A DNA stretch of 64,000 nt, taken from Eledone cirrhosa (lineage: Eukaryota). Position 1 is the stretch's first letter; each line of letters opens with the position of its first letter. The position numbers and the translations under genes are program-made. Below, in pieces: positions 30,601 through 42,549 of the stretch. The stretch is from assembly GCA_964016885.1 (NCBI GenBank), contig OZ024742.1:292702001-292766000 (forward strand). The letters run 5' to 3'. The notes under the pieces were generated by a model. The model worked only from the letters and a program-made list of their open reading frames with translations, had not been told where the DNA came from and ran no database searches.

Positions 30601-33600
30601 CTGGTTATAAACACAACTATATTACTGAGTCAAGGTGATAGCTTAATAGATATATCTAGTCAGAAACACAACTATATAACTGAGTCAAGGTGATAGCTTA
30701 ATAGATATATCTAGTCATAAACACAACTATATTACTGAGTCAAGGTGATAGCTTAATAGATATATCTAGTCATAAACACAACTATACTGAGTCAAGGTGA
30801 TAGCTTAATAGATATATCTGGTCATAAACACAACTATACTTAGTCAAGGTGATAGCTTAATAGATATATCTGGCCATAAACACAACTATACTGAGTCAAG
30901 GTGATAGCTTAATAGATATATCTAGTCATAAACACAACTATATTACTGAGTCAAGGTGATAGCTTAATAGATATATCTAGTCATAAACACAACTATATTA
31001 CTGAGTCAAGGTGATAGCTTAATAGATATATCTAGTCATAAACACAACTATATTACTGAGTCAAGGTGATAGCTTAATAGATATATCTGGTCATAAACAC
31101 AACTATACTGAGTCAAGGTGATAGCTTAATAGATATATCTGGTTATAAACACAACTATATTACTGAGTCAAGGTGATAGCTTAATAGATATATCTAGTCA
31201 TAAACACAACTATATTACTGAGTCAAGGTGATAGCTTAATAGATATATCTGGTCATAAACACAACTATACTGAGTCAAGGTGATAGCTTAATAGATATAT
31301 CTGGTTATAAACACAACTATACTGAGTCAAGGTGATAGCTTAATAGATATATCTAGTCATAAACACAACTATATTACTGAGTCAAGGTGATAGCTTAATA
31401 GATATATCTAGTCATAAACACAACTATATTACAGAGTCAAGGTGATAGCTTAATAGATATATCTAGTCATAAACACAACTATATTACTGAGTCAAGGTGA
31501 TAGCTTAATAGATATATCTAGTCATAAACACAACTATATTACTGAGTCAAGGTGATACCTTAATAGATATATCTAGTCATAAACACAACTATATTACTGA
31601 GTCAAGGTGATAGCTTAATAGATATATCTGGTCATAAACACAACTATACTTAGTCAAGGTGATAGCTTAATAGATATATCTGGTCATAAACACAACTATA
31701 CTGAGTCAAGGTGATAGCTTAATAGATATATCTAGTCATAAACACAACTATATTACTGAGTCAAGGTGATAGCTTAATAGATATATCTAGTCATAAACAC
31801 AACTATACTGAGTCAAGGTGATAGCTTAATAGATATATCTGGTCATAAACACAACTATACCGAGTTAAGGTGAAAGCTTAATAGATATATCTGGTCATAA
31901 ACACAACTATACTGAGTCAAGGTGATAGCTTAATAGATATATCTAGTCATAAACACAACTATACTGAGTCAAGGTGATAGCTTAATAGATATATCTAGTC
32001 ATAAACACAACTATATTACTGAGTCAAGGTGATAGCTTAATAGATATATCTAGTCATAAACACAACTATATTACTGAGTCAAGGTGATAGCTTAATAGAT
32101 ATATCTAGTCATAAACACAACTATATTACTGAGTCAAGGTGATAGCTTAATAGATATATCTAGTCATAAGCACAACTATATTACAGAGTCAAGGTGATAG
32201 CTTAATAGATATATCTAGTCATAAACACAACTATATTACTGAGTCAAGGTGATAGCTTAATAGATATATCTAGTTATAAACACAACTATATTACTGAGTC
32301 AAGGTGATACCTTAATAGATATATCTAGTCATAAACACAACTATATTACTGAGTCAAGGTGATAGCTTAATAGATATATCTGGTCATAAACACAACTATA
32401 CTTAGTCAAGGTGATAGCTTAATAGATATATCTGGTCATAAACACAACTATACTGAGTCAAGGTGATAGCTTAATAGATATATCTAGTCATAAACACAAC
32501 TATATTACTGAGTCAAGGTGATAGCTTAATAGATATATCTAGTCATAAACACAACTATATTACTGAGTCAAGGTGATAGCTTAATAGATATATCTAGTCA
32601 TAAACACAACTATATTACTGAGTCAAGGTGATAGCTTAATAGATATATCTGGTCATAAACACAACTATACTGAGTCAAGGTGATAGCTTAATAGATATAT
32701 CTGGTTATAAACACAACTATATTACTGAGTCAAGGTGATAGCTTAATAGATATATCTAGTCAGAAACACAACTATATTACTGAGTCAAGGTGATAGCTTA
32801 ATAGATATATCTGGTCATAAACACAACTATACTTAGTCAAGGTGATAGCTTAATAGATATATCTGGTCATAAACACAACTATACTGAGTCAAGGTGATAG
32901 CTTAATAGATATATCTAGTCATAAACACAACTATATTACTGAGTCAAGGTGATAGCTTAATAGATATATCTAGTCATAAACACAACTATACTGAGTCAAG
33001 GTGATAGCTTAATAGATATATCTGGTCATAAACACAACTATACCGAGTTAAGGTGATAGCTTAATAGATATATCTGGTCATAAACACAACTATACTGAGT
33101 CAAGGTGATAGCTTAATAGATATATCTAGTCATAAACACAACTATACTGAGTCAAGGTGATAGCTTAATAGATATATCTAGTCATAAACACAACTATATA
33201 ACTGAGTCAAGGTGATAGCTTAATAGATATATCTAGTCATAAACACAACTATATTACTGAGCCAAGGTGATAGCTTAATAGATATATCTGGTCATAAACA
33301 CAACTATACTGTGTCAAGGTGATAGCTTAATAGATATAGCTAGTCATAAACACAACTATATTACTGAGTCAAGGTGATAGCTTAATAGATATATGTAGTC
33401 ATAAACACAACTATATTACTGAGTCAAGGTGATAGCTTAATAGATATATCTAGTCATAAACACAACTATACTGAGTCAAGGTGATATCTTAATAGATATA
33501 TCTGGTCATAAACACAACTATATTACTGAGTCAAGGTGATAGCTTAATAGATATATCTAGTCATAAACACAACTATATTACTGAGTCAAGGTGATAGCTT

Positions 33601-33990
33601 AATAGATATATCTAGTCATAAACACAACTATATTACTGAGTCAAGGTGATAGCTTAATAGATATATCTAGTCATAAACACAACTATATTACTGAGTCAAG
33701 GTGATAGCTTAATAGATATATCTGGTCATAAACACAACTATACTGAGTCAAGGTGATAGCTTAATAGATATATCTGGTTATAAACACAACTATATTACTG
33801 AGTCAAGGTGATAGCTTAATAGATATATCTAGTCAGAAACACAACTATATAACTGAGTCAAGGTGATAGCTTAATAGATATATCTAGTCATAAACACAAC
33901 TATATTACTGAGTCAAGGTGATAGCTTAATAGATATATCTAGTCATAAACACAACTATACTGAGTCAAGGTGATAGCTTAATAGATATAT
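27650..33990. repeat. 3173-bp tandem duplication within the satellite (boundaries approximate)
   Basis: The GGCCATAAA variant (first C at 27701/30874) and the ATATCTTAAT variant (30311/33484) both give an offset of 3173. Confidence 0.8.
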
Positions 33991-36900
33991 CTGGTCATAA
34001 CCACAACTATACCGAGTTAAGGTGATAGCTTAATAGATATATCTGGTCATAAACACAACTATACTGAGTCAAGGTGATAGCTTAATAGATATATCTAGTC
34101 ATAAACACAACTATACTGAGTCAAGGTGATAGCTTAATAGATATATCTAGTCATAAACACAACTATATAACTGAGTCAAGGTGATAGCTTAATAGATATA
34201 TCTAGTCATAAACACAACTATATTACTGAGTCAAGGTGATAGCTTAATAGATATATCTGGTCATAAACACAACTATACTGTGTCAAGGTGATAGCTTAAT
34301 AGATATAGCTAGTCATAAACACAACTATATTACTGAATCAAGGTGATAGCTTAATAGATATATCTAGTCATAAACACAACTATATAACTGAGTCAAGGTG
34401 ATAGCTTAATAGATATATCTAGTCATAAACACAACTATATTACTGAGTCAAGGTGATAGCTTAATAGATATATCTAGTCATAAACACAACTATACTGAGT
34501 CAAGGTGATAGCTTAATAGATATATCTGGTCATAAACACAACTATACCGAGTTAAGGTGATAGCTTAATAGATATATCTGGTCATAAACACAACTATACT
34601 GAGTCAAGGTGATAGCTTAATAGATATATCTAGTCATAAACACAACTATATTACTGAGTCAAGGTGATAGCTTAATAGATATATCTAGTCATAAACACAA
34701 CTATATTACTGAGTCAAGGTGATACCTTAATAGATATATCTAGTCATAAACACAACTATATTACTGAGTCAAGGTGATAGCTTAATAGATATATCTGGTC
34801 ATAAACACAACTATACTTAGTCAAGGTGATAGCTTAAGAGATATATCTGGTCATAAACACAACTATACTGAGTCAAGGTGATAGCTTAATAGATATATCT
34901 AGTCATAAACACAACTATATTACTGAGTCAAGGTGATAGCTTAATAGATATATCTAGTCATAAACACAACTATATTACTGAGTCAAGGTGATAGCTTAAT
35001 AGATATATCTAGTCATAAACACAACTATATTACTGAGTCAAGGTGATAGCTTAATAGATATATCTGGTCATAAACACAACTATACTGAGTCAAGGTGATA
35101 GCTTAATAGATATATCTGGTTATAAACACAACTATATTACTGAGTCAAGGTGATAGCTTAATAGATATATCTAGTCATAAACACAACTATATTACTGAGT
35201 CAAGGTGATAGCTTAATAGATATATCTGGTCATAAACACAACTATACTGAGTCAAGGTGATAGCTTAATAGATATATCTGGTTATAAACACAACTATACT
35301 GAGTCAAGGTGATAGCTTAATAGATATATCTAGTCATAAACACAACTATATTACTGAGTCAAGGTGATAGCTTAATAGATATATCTAGTCATAAACACAA
35401 CTATATTACAGAGTCAAGGTGATAGCTTAATAGATATATCTAGTCATAAACACAACTATATTACTGAGTCAAGGTGATAGCTTAATAGATATATCTAGTC
35501 ATAAACACAACTATATTACTGAGTCAAGGTGATACCTTAATAGATATATCTAGTCATAAACACAACTATATTACTGAGTCAAGGTGATAGCTTAATAGAT
35601 ATATCTGGTCATAAACACAACTATACTTAGTCAAGGTGATAGCTTAATAGATATATCTGGTCATAAACACAACTATACTGAGTCAAGGTGATAGCTTAAT
35701 AGATATATCTGGTCATAAACACAACTATACCGAGTTAAGGTGAAAGCTTAATAGATATATCTGGTCATAAACACAACTATACTGAGTCAAGGTGATAGCT
35801 TAATAGATATATCTAGTCATAAACACAACTATACTGAGTCAAGGTGATAGCTTAATAGATATATCTAGTCATAAACACAACTATATTACTGAGTCAAGGT
35901 GATAGCTTAATAGATATATGTAGTCATAAACACAACTATATTACTGAGTCAAGGTGATAGCTTAATAGATATATCTAGTCATAAACACAACTATACTGAG
36001 TCAAGGTGATAGCTTAATAGATATATCTGGTCATATACACAACTATATTACTGAGTCAAGGTGATAGCTTAATAGATATATCTAGTCATAAACACAACTA
36101 TATTACTGTCAAGGTGATAGCTTAATAGATATATCTAGTCATAAACACAACTATATTACTGAGTCAAGGTGATAGCTTAATAGATATATCTAGTCATAAA
36201 CACGACTATATTACTGAGTCAAGGTGATAGCTTAATAGATATATCTAGTCATAAACACAACTATACTGAGTCAAGGTGATAGCTTAATAGATATATCTGG
36301 TTATAAACACAACTATACTGAGTCAAGGTGATAGCTTAATAGATATATCTAGTCATAAACACAACTACATTACTGAGTCAAGGTGATAGCTTAATAGATA
36401 TATCTAGTCATAAACACAACTATATGACAGAGTCAAGGTGATAGCTTAATAGATATATCTAGTCATAAACACAACTATATTACTGAGCCAAGGTGATAGC
36501 TTAATAGATATATCTAGTCATAAACACAACTATATTACAGAGTCAAGGTGATAGCTTAATAGATATATCTAGTCATAAACACAACTATATTACTGAGTCA
36601 AGGTGATACCTTAATAGATATATCTAGTCATAAACACAACTATATTACTGAGTCAAGGTGATAGCTTAATAGATATATCTGGTCATAAACACAACTATAC
36701 TTAGTCAAGGTGATAGCTTAATAGATATATTTGGTCATAAACACAACTATACTGAGTCAAGGTGATAGCTTAATAGATATATCTAGTCATAAACACAACT
36801 ATATTACTGAGTCAAGGTGATAGCTTAATAGATATATCTAGTCATAAACACAACTATATTACTGAGTCAAGGTGATAGCTTAATAGATATATCTAGTCAT

Positions 36901-38612
36901 AAACACAACTATACTGAGTCAAGGTGATAGCTTAATAGATATATCTGGTCATAAACACAACTCTACCGAGTTAAGGTGATAGCTTAATAGATATATCTGG
37001 TCATAAACACAACTATACTGAGTCAAGGTGATAGCTTAATAGATATATCTAGTCATAAACACAACTATACTGAGTCAAGGTGATAGCTTAATAGATATAT
37101 CTAGTCATAAACACAACTATATAACTGAGTCAAGGTGATAGCTTAATAGATATATCTAGTCATAAACACAACTATATTACTGAGTCAAGGTGATAGCTTA
37201 ATAGATATATCTGGTCATAAACACAACTATACTATGTCAAGGTGATAGCTTAAAAGATATATCTAGTCATAAACACAACTATATTACTGAGTCAAAGTGA
37301 TAGCTTAATAGATATATCTAGTCATAAACACAACTATATTACTGAGTCAAGGTGATAGCTTAATAGATATATCTAGTCATAAACACAACTATACTGAGTC
37401 AAGGTGATAGCTTAATAGATATATCTGGTCATAAACACAACTATACTGAGTCAAGGTGATAGCTTAATAGATATATCTAGTCATAAACACAACTATATTA
37501 CTGAGTCAAGGTGATAGCTTAATAGATATATCTAGTCATAAACACAACTATATTACTGAGTCAAGGTGATAGCTTAATAGATATATCTGGTCGTAAACAC
37601 AACTATACTGAGTCAAGGTGATAGCTTAATAGATATATCTGGTTATAAACACAACTATACTGAGTCAAGGTGATAGCTTAATAGATATATCTAGTCATAA
37701 ACACAACTATATTACTGTGTCAAGGTGATAGCTTAATAGATATATCTAGTCATAAACACAACTATATTACTGAGTCAAGGTGATAGCTGAATAGATATAT
37801 CTAGTCATAAACACAACTATATTACTGAGGCAAGGTGATAGCTTAATAGATATATCTAGTCATAAACACAACTATACTGAGTCAAGGTGATAGCTTAATA
37901 GATATATCTGGTCATAAACACAACTATACTGAGTCAAGGTGATAGCTTAATAGATATATCTAGTCATAAACACAACTATATTACTGAGTCAAGGTGATAG
38001 CTTAATAGATATATCTGGTCATAAACAGAACTATACCGAGTTAAGGTGATAGCTTAATAGATATTTCTGGTCATAAACACAACTATACTGAGTCAAGGTG
38101 ATAGCTTAATAGATATATCTGGTCATAAACACAACTCTACTGAGTCAAGGTGATAGCTTAATAGATATATCTAGTCATAAACACAACTATATAACTGAGT
38201 CAAGGTGATAGCTTAATAGATATATCTAGTCATAAACACAACTATACGGAGTCAAGGTGATAGCTTAATAGATATATCTGGTCATAAACACAACTATACT
38301 GAATCTAGGTGATAGCTTAATAGATATATCTGGTCATAAACACAACTATACTGTGTCAAGGTGATAGCTTAATAGATATATCTAGTCATAAACACAACTA
38401 TACTGAGTCAAGGTGATAGCTTTATAGATATATCTAGTCGTAAACACAACTATATAACTGAGTCAAGGTGATAGCTTAATAGATATATCTAGTCATAAAC
38501 ACAACTATATTACTGAGTCAAGGTGATAGCTTAATAGATATATCTGGTCATAAACACAACTAAACTGTGTCAAGGTGATAGTTTAATAGATATATCTAGT
38601 CATAAACACAAC

Positions 38613-38620
38613 TATATTAC
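38613..38620 (+). repeat. Target-site duplication, left copy (TATATTAC)
   Basis: Identical to 39601-39608. Removing the insert plus one copy restores a normal 55-bp monomer. Confidence 0.92.
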
Positions 38621-38622
38621 GG

Positions 38623-39336
38623 CACACTGAGTGTGCCCAGGCGCTCACCGCCCTCTGGCAGGCGGATCCGGTTGTCAGTGGAGACTCCACCGCAACATTC
38701 TATAGAGGGCTGGTACGCAACAGGTGCGACGACGCCCTCGGAGAAGCCCTAGACATGGAGGAGGACGAACTGGCTAGCCTGTTCGGTAGGACATTCAGCC
38801 CGGGACCTATGGACAACTTCCAGAAGTCCCTGGCCTGGCAGTGCTACCGAGGGGCTTTACCCGTTCGAGAAAGGCTCTACAGACACGGGCGCCCGGGTAG
38901 GGACCCCGCCAAAAAGATCTGTCCCAGATGCGTGTGCGACGAGGAAACCGTTGCACACGCATTAGTACACTGCTCGGGCGTAGCCGATCTGTGGGGCTAT
39001 GTCGAACAACTGCTGTCAAGGGTGGGACCGATCCGGCTGACCACCGAGTCTATTGTAATGATCAAGCCGCCTCCCCCCTTCAAAGATGAAGCAGAGGCGG
39101 TGTTTCTGTGCGTAATAGCCATGGCGAAAGAGGTTGTATGGTGGACGCGTCTGAAAGGACTGAGGTCGGGCACCTTTCTCTCTGGCCAACAACTAGTCCG
39201 TTTCTTCCGATATCATTTCGGAAGAAGGATCAGGATGGAGAGAGAGGTGCTGCACCCCAGCCGTTTCTATGAAAGATGGGTGAAAGTGGCGAGAATGGCC
39301 CGTGTGAATGGGCCTTCACTCTACATCAGACTATAG
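38623..39336 (+). pseudogene. Truncated LINE ORF2 C-terminal region (237 codons; zf-RVT-type CCHC zinc knuckle; RT and endonuclease domains absent)
   Basis: The frame of the tracked ORF 38755-39336 stays open upstream to the junction (HTECAQALTALWQADPVVSGDSTATFYRGLVRNRCDDALGEALD-MEEDEL...), so the ATG at 38755 is probably internal. Motifs are AWQCYRGALPVRERL, then C-x2-C-x8-H-x4-C (CPRCVCDEETVAHALVHC, 38920-38973), then LW and a later VWWTR. These are typical of L1/Tx1 ORF2 C-termini. Confidence 0.88.
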
Positions 39337-39600
39337 GTGAGGAAGATGAAAGACCAAGGGAGCACCCCCTCTCTGTGCTCCTGAGGAGAAGGGTTGCACA
39401 CTTTTTTCGGGGGTGTGTGCGACCCCCCAAGGCGCCTCCTCTCTATTGAGGATTTTGTTAAAAATTTTATTTTTTGTTATATCTTATTTTATTTTTATAT
39501 TTTGTTATTGCCTCCTCCTTATTGAGGACGCCTTTTTGTGTAAACTCCCCCCATTGTACTTGTCCCACTTTTGATGCCCTAGTGGCAAATAAAAGAAATA
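39337..39600 (+). other. LINE 3' UTR with stem-loops, a 19-nt direct repeat and a T-rich tract
   Basis: Stems GGAGCAC/GTGCTCC (39359-39381) and GGGTTGCACAC/GTGTGCGACCC (39391-39425), direct repeats at 39434-39452 and 39510-39528, and a T-rich tract at 39453-39509. Confidence 0.8.
39588..39593 (+). terminator. Putative polyadenylation signal AATAAA of the LINE
   Basis: Canonical hexamer ending 7 nt before the right TSD, directly after a small TGCC-N5-GGCA stem (39575-39587). Confidence 0.6.
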
Positions 39601-39608
39601 TATATTAC
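39601..39608 (+). repeat. Target-site duplication, right copy (TATATTAC)
   Basis: Identical to 38613-38620. The preceding bases differ (C on the left, A on the right), which limits the duplication to 8 bp. Confidence 0.92.
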
Positions 39609-42549
39609 TGAGTCAAGGTGATAGCTTAATAGATATATCTAGTCATAAACACAACTATATTACTGAGTCAAGGTGATAGCTTAATAGATGTATCTAGTCA
39701 TAAACACAACTATATATCTGAGTCAAGGTGATAGCTTAATAGATATATCTAGTCATAAACACAACTATACTGAGTCAAGGTGATAGCTTAATAGATATAT
39801 CTGGTCATAAACACAACTATACTGAGTCAAGGTGATAGCTTAATAGATATATCTAGTCATAAACACAACTATATTACTGACTCAAGGTGATAGCTTAATA
39901 GATATATCTAGTCATAAACACAACTATATTACTGAGTCAAGGTGATAGCTTAATAGATATATCTAGTCATAAATACAACTATATTACTGAGTCAAGGTGA
40001 TAGCTTAATAGATATATCTAGTGATAAACACAACTATACTGAGTCAAGGTGATAGCTTAATAGATATATCTAGTCATAAACACAACTATATTACTGAGTC
40101 AAGGTGAAAGCTTAATAGATATATCTGGTCATAAACACAACTATACTGAGTCAAGGTGATAGCTTAATAGATATATCTAGTCATAAACACAACTATACTG
40201 AGTCAAGGTGATAGCTTAATAGATATATCTAGTCATAAACACAACTATATAACTGAGTCAAGGTGATAGCTTAATAGATATATCTAGTCATAAACACAAC
40301 TATATTACTGAGTCAAGGTGATAGCTTAATAGATATATCTGGTCATAAACACAACTATACTGTGTCAAGGTGATAGCTTAATAGATATAGCTAGTCATAA
40401 ACACAACTATATTACTGAGTCAAGGTGATAGCTTAATAGATATATGTAGTCATAAACACAACTATATTACTGAGTCAAGGTGATAGCTTAATAGATATAT
40501 CTAGTCATAAACACAACTATACTGAGTCAAGGTGATAGCTTAATAGATATATCTGCTCATAAACACAACTATATTACTGAGTCAAGGTGATAGCTTAATA
40601 GATATATCTAGTCATAAACACAACTATATTACTGAGTCAAGGTGATAGCTTAATAGATATATCTAGTCATAAACACAACTATATTACTGAGTCAAGGTGA
40701 TAGCTTAATAGATATATCTAGTCATAAACACAACTATATTACTGAGTCAAGGTGATAGCTTAATAGATATATCTGGTCATAAACACAACTATACTGAGTC
40801 AAGGTGATAGCTTAATAGATATATCTGGTTATAAACACAACTATATTACTGAGTCAAGGTGATAGCTTAATAGATATATCTAGTCAGAAACACAACTATA
40901 TTACTGAGTCAAGGTGATAGCTTAATAGATATATCTAGTCATAAACACAACTATATTACTGAGTCAAGGTGATAGCTTAATAGATATATCTGGTCATAAA
41001 CACAACTATACTGAGTCAAGGTGATAGCTTAATAGATATATCTGGTTATAAACACAACTATACTGAGTCAAGGTGATAGCTTAATAGATATATCTGGTCA
41101 TAAACACAACTATATTACTGAGTCAAGGTGATAGCTTAATAGATATATCTAGTCATAAACACAACTATATTACAGAGTCAAGGTGATAGCTTAATAGATA
41201 TATCTAGTCATAAACACAACTATATTACTGAGTCAAGGTGATAGCTTAATAGATATATCTAGTCATAAACACAACTATATTACTGAGTCAAGGTGATACC
41301 TTAATAGATATATCTAGTCATAAACACATCTATATTACTGAGTCAAGGTGATAGCTTAATAGATATATCTGGTCATAAACACAACTATACTTAGTCAAGG
41401 TGATAGCTTAATAGATATATCTGGTCATAAACACAACTATACTGAGTCAAGGTGATAGCTTAATAGATATATCTAGTCATAAACACAACTATATTACTGA
41501 GTCAAGGTGATAGCTTAATAGATATATCTAGTCATAAACACAACTATATTACTGAGTCAAGGTGATAGCTTAATAGATATATCTAGTCATAAACACAACT
41601 ATATTACTGAGTCAAGGTGATAGCTTAATAGATATATCTGGTCATAAACACAACTATACTGAGTCAAGGTGATAGCTTAATAGATATATCTGGTGATAAA
41701 CACAACTATACCGAGTTAAGGTGATAGCTTAATAGATATATCTGGTCATAAACACAACTATACTGAGTCAAGGTGATAGCTTAATAGATATATCTAGTCA
41801 TAAACACAACTATACTGAGTCAAGGTGATAGCTTAATAGATATATCTAGTCATAAACACAACTATATAACTGAGTCAAGGTGATAGCTTAATAGATATAT
41901 CTAGTCATAAACACAACTATATTACTGAGTCAAGGTGATAGCTTAATAGATATATCTGGTTATAAACACAACTATACTGTGTCAAGGTGATAGCTTAATA
42001 GATATAGCTAGTCATAAACACAACTATATTACTGAGTCAAGGTGATAGCTTAATAGATATATGTAGTCATAAACACAACTATATTACTGAGTCAAGGTGA
42101 TAGCTTAATAGATATATCTAGTCATAAACACAACTATACTGAGTCAAGGTGATAGCTTAATAGATATATCTGGTCATAAACACAACTATATTACTGAGTC
42201 AAGGTGATAGCTTAATAGATATATCTAGTCATAAACACAACTATATTACTGAGTCAAGGTGATAGCTTAATAGATATATCTAGTCATAAACACAACTATA
42301 TTACTGAGTCAAGGTGATAGCTTAATAGATATATCTAGTCATAAGCACAACTATATTACAGAGTCAAGGTGATAGCTTAATAGATATATCTAGTCATAAA
42401 CACAACTATATTACTGAGTCAAGGTGATAGCTTAATAGATATATCTAGTTATAAACACAACTATATTACTGAGTCAAGGTGATACCTTAATAGATATATC
42501 TAGTCATAAACACAACTATATTACTGAGTCAAGGTGATAGCTTAATAGA

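Larger units (their letters stand above)
1..38620. repeat. Tandem satellite array, left arm (55/52-bp monomer, higher-order structure); continues beyond window start
   Basis: Bases 1-55 (TAGCTTAATAGATATATCTAGTCATAAACACAACTATATTACTGAGTCAAGGTGA) repeat head-to-tail without spacers. The 52-bp form lacks 3 nt (ACTATACTGAG vs ACTATATTACTGAG). The consensus is 16/55 GC, and the ORF track shows no ORF here. Confidence 0.99.
38621..39600 (+). mobile_element. 5'-truncated non-LTR retrotransposon (LINE, L1 group, probably Tx1 clade), 980 bp
   Basis: GC-rich unique island in the AT-rich satellite. It carries an ORF2 C-terminus with a CCHC motif, a 264-bp 3' UTR with a T-rich tract, AATAAA at 39588 and an 8-bp TSD. 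There are no LTRs or TIRs. This is the usual layout of a product of target-primed reverse transcription. The clade call rests on motif recognition only. Confidence 0.92.

Noticed and set aside
1-38620. Repeat-protein coding sequence, telomeric repeat, or tRNA/5S/snRNA tandem array
   Set aside because: The monomer is rich in stop codons, its lengths are not multiples of 3, and the ORF track is empty. It has no short G-rich telomere unit, Pol III boxes or cloverleaf.
38807-39019. 70-aa minus-strand ORF
   Set aside because: It lies antisense inside the GC-rich LINE ORF and has no recognisable motif, so it is most likely a shadow ORF.
38755-39336. Stand-alone 193-aa host zinc-finger gene
   Set aside because: The frame is open to the insertion junction, there is no promoter, and a TSD flanks it. 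It is better explained as a truncated ORF2.
38623-39336. Host assignment (the protein recalls Tx1-like ORFs from octopus or other molluscs)
   Set aside because: This is an unverified recollection and needs a BLASTP search, so it is not claimed.
38621-39600. DNA transposon (8-bp TSD as in hAT), solo LTR or processed pseudogene
   Set aside because: There are no terminal inverted repeats or TG...CA ends, and the protein has LINE ORF2 C-terminal motifs.
39337-39600. Self-cleaving ribozyme or rho-independent terminator in the 3' UTR
   Set aside because: I could not assemble a hammerhead or HDV core by eye, and the context is eukaryotic. An Infernal/Rfam scan would settle it.
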